Shown: positions 19,644-29,229 of the stretch, piece after piece | Layout of the letters: each line of letters opens with the position of its first letter | Position numbering within the stretch: position 1 is the stretch's first letter | NCBI GenBank assembly: GCA_964562105.1 | Contig: CAZLRP010000001.1 | Location: forward strand, 2,949-66,948 | Length of the DNA: 64,000 nt | Direction: 5' to 3' | DNA from: an uncultured Candidatus Saccharibacteria bacterium | GTDB lineage: Bacteria > Patescibacteriota > Minisyncoccia > Phycocordibacterales > GWA1-40-21 | Position numbers and translations under genes: made by a program | Notes under the pieces: model-generated | What the model was told of the DNA's origin: nothing | Databases searched by the model: none | The model's input: the letters and a program-made list of their open reading frames with translations, nothing else

Positions 19644-20381
19644 TTAATGACCAATAAATTTAACAAGATACATGATAGCAATACCAATAACAAAAACAAA
19701 AAAAGAAATTATTGATGTTTTAAAATTAGATTCTTTTCTGATCTCAGGTATTAGATCCGAAGCAGCAATATAAACAAAGCCACCAGCAGCAAAAGGCATA
19801 AGATAAGGCAATAAGCTCTCAAGCGATGAGAATAAAAAATAGCCGGCTACTCCACCCAAAACCACAGTTAGAGCAACAATATAATTTAAAATTAGAGCCG
19901 TCTTTCTTTTGAAACCGGCATAAATAAGAACACCATAATCTCCTATTTCCTGAGGTATTTCATGAACAGCAATAGCAATAGTAGTAGCAATACCCAATTT
20001 AAAATTAATCATAAAAACGCTAGCGATTACCAAACCATCAATAAAATTATGGACACTGTCTCCTACCAAATTCATATAACCGAAAGTATGCACCGAACAA
20101 TCCGCTTTATGACAGTGTCTCCAGTGCAATATCTTTTCAATTAGGAAAAAGACTACAAAAGATATCAAAAATATTTTAAATAATAGATTGGTCTCTACTA
20201 CTTCCGAGGCTTCTGGCAACAAATGAAGAAAGGCTCCACCCATTAGAGCCCCCGCCGATAACGATACTAGAAAAATCAAAATCTTATCTAAAATATCTTT
20301 CTTAAAAAAAATAAATAAAATCGCAACCCAAACGCATAAGGTTATTAAAAAAGTCGCTAAAATTATGGAAAATAAAGTCAT
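19644..20381 (-). CDS. ZIP family metal cation transporter
   Basis: HEIPQEIGDYGVL and HNFIDGL ZIP signatures, 8 TM helices. Confidence 0.8.
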   Translation of the reverse strand: MTLFSIILATFLITLCVWVAILFIFFKKDILDKILIFLVSLSAGALMGGAFLHLLPEASEVVETNLLFKIFLISFVVFFLIEKILHWRHCHKADCSVHTFGYMNLVGDSVHNFIDGLVIASVFMINFKLGIATTIAIAVHEIPQEIGDYGVLIYAGFKRKTALILNYIVALTVVLGGVAGYFLFSSLESLLPYLMPFAAGGFVYIAASDLIPEIRKESNFKTSIISFFVFVIGIAIMYLVKFIGH

Positions 20382-20391
20382 GATTATTATA

Positions 20392-20679
20392 TTATTTGTG
20401 TTTAGTTATTTGTATTGCCTTGCCGTTTACTAAGGCATCGGCAATTTTCTTATAAACAGAGTAAAGTATTCTCTGATAAGTGCTAGGTGTAGCCCCCATT
20501 TTCTTAGCCGCTTCTATTTGCTCCAAATCATCAATATGACGTAGACGATAAGCTTCTATCTCTTCCAAAGAAATCTCTACTACTTCTAAATTACGTAAAG
20601 GTATTCCTTGCGGTTTAAAATAAACAACATTTGGTTCAAACTTTATTTTTCGGCAAAAACATAAATTTGGTCTTGGCAT
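20392..20679 (-). CDS. DUF134 (UPF0251) predicted DNA-binding protein
   Basis: RKIKFEPNVVYFKPQGIP...EAYRLRHIDDLEQIEAAKKMG pattern. Confidence 0.65.
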   Translation of the reverse strand: MPRPNLCFCRKIKFEPNVVYFKPQGIPLRNLEVVEISLEEIEAYRLRHIDDLEQIEAAKKMGATPSTYQRILYSVYKKIADALVNGKAIQITKHK

Positions 20680-20755
20680 ATGTGTATATTATTATAAAAC
20701 ACATGAAAAAGGAACGAGAAATAAGTATCTCGTACCTTTTTCATTTTGTTTCAGT

Positions 20756-21004
20756 CTACAACTTCTTAAGTTCTTCTTCGATCAGTTTCTTCTCCTCTTC
20801 CAAAATTTGTTTTTTATCCTCTTTGGTAACCGATTGATTATTCCAAAAAGGACAACCTGAACAAAAACGACCAAAACCTTGACCCCGGCCTCGTCCACGA
20901 CCAAGTCCACCTCTGCCTGAACCGCCAGTTCCTGGGCAATTACCCATACTGCGACCGGTTCTTGGGCCTTGTCCTTGCGGACCAGTTCCATCTAATCTAG
21001 GCAT
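20756..21004 (-). CDS. Gly/Arg-rich small protein (DUF5320-like), partner of DUF134
   Basis: MPRLDGTGPQGQGPRTGRSMGNCPGTGG... with a coiled-coil tail. Confidence 0.5.
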   Translation of the reverse strand: MPRLDGTGPQGQGPRTGRSMGNCPGTGGSGRGGLGRGRGRGQGFGRFCSGCPFWNNQSVTKEDKKQILEEEKKLIEEELKKL

Positions 21005-21394
21005 AATATTATTTAATTAATGAGACTTTTAAAAATTTAGCTCGACCAAACCTAACTAACCATATTGAGTATATACCCATAACTATTTTAAGTCAAGTAA
21101 TAAAAAAACGCCTGAGACCTGGACCAATTTTGTAACTCAAGAAAACGATATGTCCATAATTTTTATTAAAGCAACCAAAAAGAGTTGTCCTCAAGCTTTT
21201 TAATTCGCTTTACTCACTTGAGTACCGCCTTCGTCTCTCAATTTTCTATAGTCATAGAAAAAATGTAGTCTGCAAATACGACTTACTTGTTTACTTATTT
21301 TGAGGTGGTGTTGTGAAGGATGCTAGAACTGTGTTTGATATAAAAAATGATACAGATATCTATATTCCCACATTTTATCCTGCTTCTGAATATA

Positions 21395-22042
21395 CTATTT
21401 CTTGATTTCCTCCGACACAGTTTTCTTATCCCAATCTATTTCTGGTTTTTTCTTTAACCAAAAAAAATTTAGAACTCCATCTACCATTAAATGAAAAGAA
21501 AAACCCGCCATACCAAATAATGGTAGCATCAATTTTTTTAGCGTGTCATCTGGCCAAAACAAGGATGAAATAATTAGAAGAAAAATTCCCCACGCAATAA
21601 CTGATGAAAAATTATGAAATGGTCTAGGCTTTATGGTATAAAGCGGATTTGCTCTACCTTTCATAACATAAAATAGAAATATAGGAGTTAAGAAAAGTAA
21701 AAAATATAATTCATACCATAGACTTTCCCTTTCGTTGTCTTGTGGTCTGTTTACTAAAATATCAGCATCTGGTAAGAAGTTGCTGTAGAAAAATACAAGC
21801 AAGGATAAAAAGAGAGAGCCAAGTATATGATTATGAAAAACTATACCCAATATAAAATATAGAGCTATAAGTGGAAGAAGAAAACTTTTCCATAACCAAG
21901 CAAGCAAAGAATAATGTTCCCTTATTTCATCTTCAACTTTATGAAATTGGGCATGTGGTGGAATTTTCTTCAAAACTACAGCATCCCAATATTCTTTTAG
22001 TCTTTCTTTTGTATTCGTCATAGATGAAATATGATTATTCAC
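21395..22042 (-). CDS. hypothetical membrane protein
   Basis: multiple TM helices. Confidence 0.45.
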   Translation of the reverse strand: MNNHISSMTNTKERLKEYWDAVVLKKIPPHAQFHKVEDEIREHYSLLAWLWKSFLLPLIALYFILGIVFHNHILGSLFLSLLVFFYSNFLPDADILVNRPQDNERESLWYELYFLLFLTPIFLFYVMKGRANPLYTIKPRPFHNFSSVIAWGIFLLIISSLFWPDDTLKKLMLPLFGMAGFSFHLMVDGVLNFFWLKKKPEIDWDKKTVSEEIKK

Positions 22043-22274
22043 GAAAAAGCAAAATAAGTCAACGTAAACTAAACCTAATAAGCTACTTAATAATACGATT
22101 TAATTGCTAACAAAAATACGAGTGCATAAGTTAGATTAAATATGAGAAGACATAGGACATCTTGGAATAAGACTTAAAAAAAATACACTGTCAGTTGGTA
22201 TGAAAACAAAAGAAAAAATTATATTGCTTTATTCTCCTTCTGATAAAATTATCCCACACCATTAATTACTATAT

Positions 22275-24944
22275 TTAAGATGATTTAACTACAATAAATG
22301 ATTTTTTCTTAAACCATTCAATAAGAATTATCTCGATGAAACTTATTAAAACTATAATGGTCCAGTCAGCAATGATAAGGGGTTGTGTTGAAAGTAATTT
22401 TTGTAATGGGCTAAAATAAATCGATGAAGTAAGCAGTAGTAATCCAATTATGACTGCCCCAACCAAAATTTTATTTGAAAAGATATCTTTTCGAAACATT
22501 GGACGTTTAAAAGATCGAACACTAAAAGAAAACACCAATGAATCAAGACACATAAGAGCAAACACGATTGACCGTGTCTTATCCAAATCCCCTGTAATTT
22601 TCCAAAGAAGGAAAAATGACATGAAAGCGGACAAACCAGTAATAAAGAAAATCGAAAGTAACCATTTTTTCATCGGTCTGTTCAAAATTGATTCGCTTGG
22701 ATCACGAGGTCTTTCATCCATAACCCCAAATGTTTCCTGTTCAGTAGTTAGAGCAATATCAGGCAGACCATCCTCCACTAGATTAATCCAAAGAATCTGG
22801 GCAGCTAAAAGAGGCAACGGTAGGCCAAAAGCCATTGCCACTAAAAATAAAAACAATTCTGAAAAATCGTCAGCTATCAGATAAATAAAAACTTTACGAA
22901 TATTTTGAAAGATAATACGGCCTTGTTCAATCGCTTTTACAATTGTTTTAAAGTTGTCATCTAATAACACGATATCTGCCACTTCTTTGGCAACGTCTGT
23001 ACCTGAACCAACCGAAATACCAACATCAGCTTTTTTTAAGGCTGGAGCGTCATTAACACCGTCACCAACCATAGCCACTACTTCACCCCTGGCTTGTAAA
23101 GCATTTACGATACGAAGTTTATGACCGGGAGACACACGAGCATAAATAGAAACATGTCTTACTTTTTCTTCAAGTTCTTGATCCGATAAATTATCAATAT
23201 CTTCACCCTCAAGAATCATCTCCGAACTTGCTTCAATACCAACTTCTGTAGCAATTGATTGAGCCGTCAATCGGTGATCACCAGTAATAAGAACTGTGCG
23301 AATACCAGCTCGTTTTGTTAAAGAGATTGAATCTTTGGCATCAGAACGTAATGGGTCTTTTAAAGCAATATAGCCAATAAGAATTAAGTCTTTGGATAGA
23401 TTTTCTATTGAATCCATATCTTTTTCTTTTGGAAATTCACGGTAAGCACAGGCCACAACTCTTAATCCACTCTTGGTTAGAGATTCAAGTTTTTGCAAAA
23501 GTTTATTATGAGCCTCCGAACCTAAGGGTTCTATTTTTCCATCAACATAAAAATCAACGGCCCTTGAAGCAACAACTTCTGGTGCACCAATAACATATAG
23601 AATCTTATTTCCATCTAGTTTTGTATGAAGAGAAGCTGAGTATTTTGCTTCTGAAGTAAAAGCTAGTTTCTCTATGGTGGGGTATTCTGCCTCAAGTTTT
23701 TTCTTAGACAATCCAGCGTGCATTCCGGCCACCAATAAAGCTCGTGAGGTAGGCACGCCACGCACAATCCACTCATGAAATTCATCGTCAGGATTTTCAA
23801 TAAAAGCGTCGTTTGTTAAGACAGCCACCTTTAAGGCAAGAATGTGTGACTCAAGACCGTTTGCTTTATTTATATCAATAATTGGGTCTTTATTATTATT
23901 AAAAAGCTCTTGAGTGCCGGTAAGAATATGACTGACCTGCATTTTTCCTTCAGTAAGTGTTCCGGTTTTGTCTGTACAAATAACGGTGACGCTTCCTAGT
24001 GTCTCGTTAGCAATAAGTTTTCTAACTAAACCATTATGCTTAAGTATCCGACGCATACCGAGAGCGAGAATAACGGTAATAGCAGGCAAAAGACCGGCCG
24101 GAATAGCCGATACAGCTAGAGCCAAAGAAGCAATAAAAATATCATTGAACGATTGGCCATTTTTATACCCAAGAACAATAACAATACCAATAATAAATAG
24201 AACAAAAAGACCGACCCAGCGAGAAAGTGAAGATATTTTTTTCTGTAATGGGGTTGGTCGTTCTTTTGTCTCCCGAAGAAGGGATACTATGCCGCCAATC
24301 TCTGTTTTCAATCCTGTTTCAACCACAATAGCTGTCGCTGTTCCCTCCTCCACGATACTTCCCATAAAAACCATATTGATCTGATCAGCTAGTGGACTTT
24401 TTTCTGGAATTTCATCTACGAACTTTGACACAGCCAGCCACTCGCCAGTCAAACTAGACTCATTTATTTTTAATCCGCTCACTTCAATTAGACGAGCATC
24501 GGCAGGAACTTTATCTCCAGATTTTAGAAAAAAAATATCACCTGGAACCAATGTTATGCTATCTATTTCTTTTAAATTACCGTCTCGTAATACCCGAGTT
24601 GAAATCTTGACTATGTTTCTTAGAGCAACTAGAGAATTATTGGCCTTATTTTCCTGATAAAAACCTACAGTGGTATTTATTAGAAGCACCACAACAATAA
24701 AAACAGCATCGGAATAATGAGCAAGATAAAACGAGACTCCACCAGCTACTAAAAAAATAATAACTAAAGGACTGTTAAACTGACTTAAAAAAAGTTTGAT
24801 TTTTGAATAAGGTTTTTCCTTAGGCAAAATATTCATCCCAAATTTTTCTAACCTATTTTTTGCTTCCAGATCTGATAGGCCTTCTTCGTTTGTTTTTAAA
24901 TCCAGAAATATTTTTTTCAACTTTAGAAAATACCACTTCGTCAT
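22275..24944 (-). CDS. P-type cation-transporting ATPase (type IIA-like)
   Basis: ICTDKTGTLT phosphorylation motif, MVGDGVNDAPALKKADVGI hinge motif; 889 aa. Confidence 0.93.
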   Translation of the reverse strand: MTKWYFLKLKKIFLDLKTNEEGLSDLEAKNRLEKFGMNILPKEKPYSKIKLFLSQFNSPLVIIFLVAGGVSFYLAHYSDAVFIVVVLLINTTVGFYQENKANNSLVALRNIVKISTRVLRDGNLKEIDSITLVPGDIFFLKSGDKVPADARLIEVSGLKINESSLTGEWLAVSKFVDEIPEKSPLADQINMVFMGSIVEEGTATAIVVETGLKTEIGGIVSLLRETKERPTPLQKKISSLSRWVGLFVLFIIGIVIVLGYKNGQSFNDIFIASLALAVSAIPAGLLPAITVILALGMRRILKHNGLVRKLIANETLGSVTVICTDKTGTLTEGKMQVSHILTGTQELFNNNKDPIIDINKANGLESHILALKVAVLTNDAFIENPDDEFHEWIVRGVPTSRALLVAGMHAGLSKKKLEAEYPTIEKLAFTSEAKYSASLHTKLDGNKILYVIGAPEVVASRAVDFYVDGKIEPLGSEAHNKLLQKLESLTKSGLRVVACAYREFPKEKDMDSIENLSKDLILIGYIALKDPLRSDAKDSISLTKRAGIRTVLITGDHRLTAQSIATEVGIEASSEMILEGEDIDNLSDQELEEKVRHVSIYARVSPGHKLRIVNALQARGEVVAMVGDGVNDAPALKKADVGISVGSGTDVAKEVADIVLLDDNFKTIVKAIEQGRIIFQNIRKVFIYLIADDFSELFLFLVAMAFGLPLPLLAAQILWINLVEDGLPDIALTTEQETFGVMDERPRDPSESILNRPMKKWLLSIFFITGLSAFMSFFLLWKITGDLDKTRSIVFALMCLDSLVFSFSVRSFKRPMFRKDIFSNKILVGAVIIGLLLLTSSIYFSPLQKLLSTQPLIIADWTIIVLISFIEIILIEWFKKKSFIVVKSS

Positions 24945-25071
24945 ATTAAAAGAATATCAAAGTATAACTCGAAACACAAAACAAAATAAGAATATATTAC
25001 CCGAAACAAACGGTGGTGGCTATCGGGGATGTTTCCCTCGACTAAAAGCTCGTCGTCACTCGCTTTTGTCT

Positions 25072-25134
25072 GGGCACCAGCTCATTCGTTTTTTCTGCTG
25101 AAAAAACATCATTCCGCTGTTCAACCCCCGAACG
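25072..25134. repeat. tRNA-linked module downstream of tRNA-His
   Basis: GGGCACCAGCTCATTCGTTTTTTCTGCTGAAAAAACATCATTCCGCTGTTC followed by an inverted copy of the tRNA-His T-loop (CAACCCCCGAAC). Confidence 0.7.
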
Positions 25135-25199
25135 CAAGCAAAGCAGTTTGCTTGCTTAGCCACCCACGAAAAAACCCGCTTTCGCGGATCCTTTTTTCG

Positions 25200-25273
25200 T
25201 GGGTGGCTATCGGGGGTTGAACCCGAACAAAGAGTTCCACAAACTCTTGTGCTACCGCTACACCATAGCCACC
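25200..25273 (-). tRNA. tRNA-His (anticodon GTG)
   Basis: cloverleaf with extra 5' G(-1), anticodon loop TTGTGGA, T-loop GGGTTCAACCC. Confidence 0.85.
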
Positions 25274-25319
25274 ATGAACACCATTTATAACAGATTTTTA
25301 ATAGAAAATCTACCCGATT

Positions 25320-25377
25320 TTATATTTATTCGTAGCCATTCGTAGATTTGTATCATTCGTATATTTGTATGTTTATC
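25320..25377. repeat. heptamer array
   Basis: TATTCGTAGCCATTCGTAGATTTGTATCATTCGTATATTTGTATGTTTATC, ending at a gene stop. Confidence 0.65.
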
Positions 25378-25920
25378 TTAATATTTTGGAGACTCTTCAG
25401 TACCACTTTCCAATGCTGAATATCTCGCAAGCGCATACAAAAGACTGGATAAACGATTTAAAAAAACAAGAGTTTCTGAATCAATTTTTGCCATACCCTC
25501 TTCGTTTACTGCAACAACCCTTCTTTCTGCTCTGCGTACCAATGTACGAGCAAAATCAAAATCGGCAGACATTTCATTTGCACCGGAAATAAGAAAAGTT
25601 TTAATTGGCGGTAATTTTTTTTCTATATTATCAATAATATTTTCAAGATATTTTGTTTTTTCTTTTTGTATTTTTTTATCTGCACCAGCAACTTGGGCTT
25701 GAATGATAAAAATATTATTCTGAATTATATGAATAATATTCTGAATTTTTTCTCCATCAACCTTATAACTTTTAACTTTACACTTTATAACTCCTAAGTA
25801 TGAATTTGCTTCATCCAAGCACCCCAAAGCTTCGGTTATCGCCGAACTTTTTGAGATTTTCTGGTCGCAACATCCAAACATATTTGTTTTTCCTTTGTCT
25901 CCCTTTTTTGTGTAAAGCAT
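25378..25920 (-). CDS. cob(I)alamin adenosyltransferase (PduO-type)
   Basis: YTKKGDKGKT...ITEALGCLDEANSYLG pattern of PduO/MMAB. Confidence 0.78.
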   Translation of the reverse strand: MLYTKKGDKGKTNMFGCCDQKISKSSAITEALGCLDEANSYLGVIKCKVKSYKVDGEKIQNIIHIIQNNIFIIQAQVAGADKKIQKEKTKYLENIIDNIEKKLPPIKTFLISGANEMSADFDFARTLVRRAERRVVAVNEEGMAKIDSETLVFLNRLSSLLYALARYSALESGTEESPKY

Positions 25921-25976
25921 AATGCACTTTGATTATAACATTTTCCTTTGCTTCTATAAGCTGGCTGAATGTAAGC

Positions 25977-26708
25977 TTATATTAAACCCATCATATATTG
26001 AGCTCCTCCGAGCCAAAATATTACTGCCAAAAGAACGTAAAAACCGAAATGTATCATATAGCTGTACAAAAATCCTTTTTTTGATTTTGTAATGCAATAA
26101 GAAAATATCAAGCCGGCAAAAAATGAAACGCTAAAAAGTATTTTGCCCATAGATGTCGGTATAAAAAGAACTGGAAAATGTATAAACAGTGCATATAGAC
26201 CAAATAAAATCATGTCTTTATTTTTAGACACGTTATTATTAAAAAGATAATAAATACTTATCATAAAAAATGTCTGCTGAAACATTATTTCAAAAGCTTT
26301 TGTTACCAAAAATTTATTGTCCATTTGCAGTATCGCAGATAAATTGCTTTTCATCGCTCCCATTGGACTTCCCTCCGACAAAAGATTTAAAAAATAATAA
26401 ATTAGTATCACAGCCACCGAAAAAACCATCATGATAAACAAATCTTTGGGAGAAAATTGATCTACATATTCTCCTATTTCTTTTTTGAATATGGAAGTGA
26501 GAGCAACTATTACAAGTAAAAAATAAATACATGTTAGAAGATAGTTGTTTATATAGCTTATCCCTTGAGGTTGCAAATAAAGTATAAATACAGCCCAAAC
26601 TGAAAACCAAATAAACGATAAGCCGAAAATTTTATTGAAAGTTTTCATGATTAAATTATCTGAAATGTGCACAAGGGAGGAATCTTTAAACTTACAGTTT
26701 CTGTACAT
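25977..26708 (-). CDS. hypothetical polytopic membrane protein
   Basis: 6-7 TM helices; weak similarity to CAAX-protease (CPBP) topology only. Confidence 0.45.
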   Translation of the reverse strand: MYRNCKFKDSSLVHISDNLIMKTFNKIFGLSFIWFSVWAVFILYLQPQGISYINNYLLTCIYFLLVIVALTSIFKKEIGEYVDQFSPKDLFIMMVFSVAVILIYYFLNLLSEGSPMGAMKSNLSAILQMDNKFLVTKAFEIMFQQTFFMISIYYLFNNNVSKNKDMILFGLYALFIHFPVLFIPTSMGKILFSVSFFAGLIFSYCITKSKKGFLYSYMIHFGFYVLLAVIFWLGGAQYMMGLI

Positions 26709-26754
26709 CTTTTCTGTTTTTTATTTCGCAAAAACTCATAAAAAACTATCAAAG

Positions 26755-26851
26755 GTTTGCAAGTCCTCACGCAAGCAAAGACTTTTGCTTGCTTCCCGCG
26801 CATCAAAAATCAGCAAAAGCTGATTTTTGTGCACGGGAGAGGACTTGCACC
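26755..26851. ncRNA. about 100-nt multi-hairpin structured element (candidate small RNA or repeat)
   Basis: outer stem GCAAGTCCTC/GAGGACTTGC enclosing hairpins GCAAGCAAAGACTTTTGCTTGC and AAAATCAGCAAAAGCTGATTTT; the first hairpin recurs at 25132 and 51300. Confidence 0.35.
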
Positions 26852-26913
26852 TCCACGCCTTACGGCACAGGAACCTCAATCCTGCTTGGCTACTAATTAC
26901 AACACCCGTGCAT

Positions 26914-27597
26914 TCACTGTCTTCTATATTTTTTTTGCTGCCGTTTTTCCACACTTAATGCTTTCTCTATCTTTATCCTCTTTCTACCTAAGCAAACGAC
27001 TTTTCGATTATAATACATTGCCTTGATAATTTCTATAGCTTCTTTTTTGGCATATTTTAATTGTCCAGTTGACTTTTCTCCATCATTCGTGATGTGCCCA
27101 AAAACATTAATCCTGTTCGTTAACTCCGACCTCAACCAATTAATATGTTTCTTGCTCGCTGAAACAAACTCAACATAAAACATATGGCTTGAACGCCAAC
27201 GCGGATCCCAATACGAATAAAAAGTTCCGTCTCCATCAAAACAACCGCGTAAAAAATCAAAAAAATACTCTGATGGAATATCAACAACTCCTAAGCTTTT
27301 CGATTTTGCCCTGCTAATACCTATGGATTCTAAAAATTTGTAGAAAAAAATATCACTAAATTGCACTACATAATATTTCTTTTCTTTGTTTCCGCCGTTG
27401 CCTTTTTTGCCTACATTACATTTAATCCGTAATGCTTTTTGATAATTATCAATTTGTTCCTTGTCTTTGGAAGTAAAACTCACATGCCTACCATCTGGCG
27501 ATACGTTGCCATCAGTCGCAATCAAACCAATAGCATAAGCAAAATTCGGTGACCATGTTATTTTTACTTTTGCCTTTGGCTTTGGTCCTCTTTTCAT
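26914..27597 (-). CDS. LAGLIDADG homing endonuclease (two-motif, free-standing)
   Basis: YAIGLIATDGN and LRGCFDGDGTF LAGLIDADG motifs. Confidence 0.8.
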   Translation of the reverse strand: MKRGPKPKAKVKITWSPNFAYAIGLIATDGNVSPDGRHVSFTSKDKEQIDNYQKALRIKCNVGKKGNGGNKEKKYYVVQFSDIFFYKFLESIGISRAKSKSLGVVDIPSEYFFDFLRGCFDGDGTFYSYWDPRWRSSHMFYVEFVSASKKHINWLRSELTNRINVFGHITNDGEKSTGQLKYAKKEAIEIIKAMYYNRKVVCLGRKRIKIEKALSVEKRQQKKYRRQ

Positions 27598-27712
27598 ACT
27601 CCTTATTGTATCAAATAATATATTATACTCAAGGAAGTAGCGTCTACCAATTAAAATTCAAGCAAAAATCCGCCAAAGGCGGATTTTTGCTTGAATTAAA
27701 CTTTATAACTTT

Positions 27713-28123
27713 CTACTTTTCACTTTCAACTTTTCTAGTATCCGTATTGCTTTCAAGTCTCGCTCCCAAAAGTTCGCTCTTTAAATGTCTCTTAAGTTCT
27801 TTTGTGGCTTTCTCTCTAATATAATAAAGTTTTGATCTTCTCACTTTTGCTCTCTTCAAAATTTCTATTGAATCTATTACAGGTGAATATAATGGGAAAA
27901 TTCTTTCAACCCCCACTTCATCCACTACCCTTCTCACAGTGAAAGTTCCTCCGTTTTCTTTTCCATGTTTTACAGCCAAAATCATACCTTCAAATGCTTG
28001 GAGTCTAGTCTTGTCACCTTCTTGAATTTTCTGCCAAACACGAACGGTATCGCCTGATCTCATATCAATTTTTTTCCTAGCTTCTATATCTATTGGCGAT
28101 ATTTTAATATTTTTCAATTCCAT
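27713..28123 (-). CDS. rplS: 50S ribosomal protein L19
   Basis: GDTVRVWQKIQEGDKTRLQAFEGMILA...RRSKLYYIRE L19 pattern. Confidence 0.9.
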   Translation of the reverse strand: MELKNIKISPIDIEARKKIDMRSGDTVRVWQKIQEGDKTRLQAFEGMILAVKHGKENGGTFTVRRVVDEVGVERIFPLYSPVIDSIEILKRAKVRRSKLYYIREKATKELKRHLKSELLGARLESNTDTRKVESEK

Positions 28124-28178
28124 AATATCAACAAACTAACATAATAATATGCTTTTTGCAATCGTTTTTTTGTAACGA

Positions 28179-29186
28179 TTAATTAGAAACTGTAACGGTC
28201 ATATTTTGAACTTTTTTTCTCAATTTTTTAGCATTGCCATAAGACAGCAATCCTAGATACGATTGTACTGTTTCCATCTTACCTTCTTTGAGTTCAATAT
28301 TTTTAAACATTCTTCTTTTTGTGACAGTCCTTATCACACAGTGATCGGGAAAATGTACCCAACCGAGAAAATCAATACCTGAAGTCAGTGTTTTCAAAAA
28401 TAATTTATCTGGATGTAATGTAAGCCTCAATTCATTCCAAAGAAACTCATTGATTTTAGGTATTGTATTTTCTAGCCGAGTTTTGTCTTGCGATAAAACT
28501 ACAAAATCATCAGCATATCTTATGTAATATTTTGCTTTTAGTTTGTGCTTTATGAACTGATCAAATTCATTCATATAAATATTCACTAGAAGTTGTGATG
28601 TTAAATTTCCAAGTGGCAAACCCCTCCCTTTCTCGGTAGAGTAAAAACTATGAATAATTTCGGATAGTAAATTGATGATATCCCCATCTGGTATATATTT
28701 ATTTAATATTTTCAATAAAATTTTTTGGTCTATTGAAGCAAAAAATTTCTTTATATCACATTTTAGAACCCAGACTGTTTTTGTGTTATTTTTTGAAACT
28801 TTATTTGAAAAACTTTTAAATCTTCTTATAGCTTTATGGGTTCCTTTTCCTAATCTACAAGAATATGAATCGGCAATAAAAGTCTTATCAAAAAACGGGT
28901 ACAATTTTCTATAAAGAGCGTGGTGCAAAAGTCTATCTCTGATTTTTGCTTTATGTATATTTCTTGGTTTTGGATCAGAAATATTAAATGCTTCATATAA
29001 AGAATGTTTGTAGGTTTTATTTTTTAATTCCATATGAAGTAAAATAATATTTGTCATTAAATGTCTTTGAAATTCCTCCACATCCTTGCGAGACTTTTTA
29101 CCAACAACAAATTCCCTCCACGCCTCTAGCAGGTTTTCCATTTCAATGATATTCTCATAACTGTCAGTAAGTTGGATTTTAGACAT
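28179..29186 (-). CDS. diversity-generating retroelement (DGR) reverse transcriptase
   Basis: RT motifs including YADD (IRYADDFVV); the DGR-specific LGNLTSQ variant of motif 4; adjacent TR/VR pair. Confidence 0.85.
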   Translation of the reverse strand: MSKIQLTDSYENIIEMENLLEAWREFVVGKKSRKDVEEFQRHLMTNIILLHMELKNKTYKHSLYEAFNISDPKPRNIHKAKIRDRLLHHALYRKLYPFFDKTFIADSYSCRLGKGTHKAIRRFKSFSNKVSKNNTKTVWVLKCDIKKFFASIDQKILLKILNKYIPDGDIINLLSEIIHSFYSTEKGRGLPLGNLTSQLLVNIYMNEFDQFIKHKLKAKYYIRYADDFVVLSQDKTRLENTIPKINEFLWNELRLTLHPDKLFLKTLTSGIDFLGWVHFPDHCVIRTVTKRRMFKNIELKEGKMETVQSYLGLLSYGNAKKLRKKVQNMTVTVSN

Positions 29187-29229
29187 AATTATTAGACCAT
29201 AAAAAATTAAACTATGATGCCCCCCCCCC
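29187..29229. promoter_or_regulatory. 27-bp divergent spacer between the RT and avd starts, plus the C10/G10 homopolymeric tract
   Basis: RT ATG at 29186 (minus), avd ATGATG at 29214 (plus), C10 at 29220-29229. Confidence 0.5.

Noticed and set aside
25029-25220. 63-aa plus-strand ORF across the tRNA-His trailer, and ORF 32726-32914 across tRNA-Val/Arg
   Set aside because: They overlap tRNA genes and terminator hairpins. The conserved 51-nt block is in different frames at the His and Lys loci, so it is not protein coding.
28179-29186. Group II intron or retron RT as alternative identities
   Set aside because: Motif 4 is LGNLTSQ (the DGR hallmark). No intron domain V/VI structure or retron msr/msd repeats were seen. 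A TR/VR pair with adenine-specific mismatches is present.
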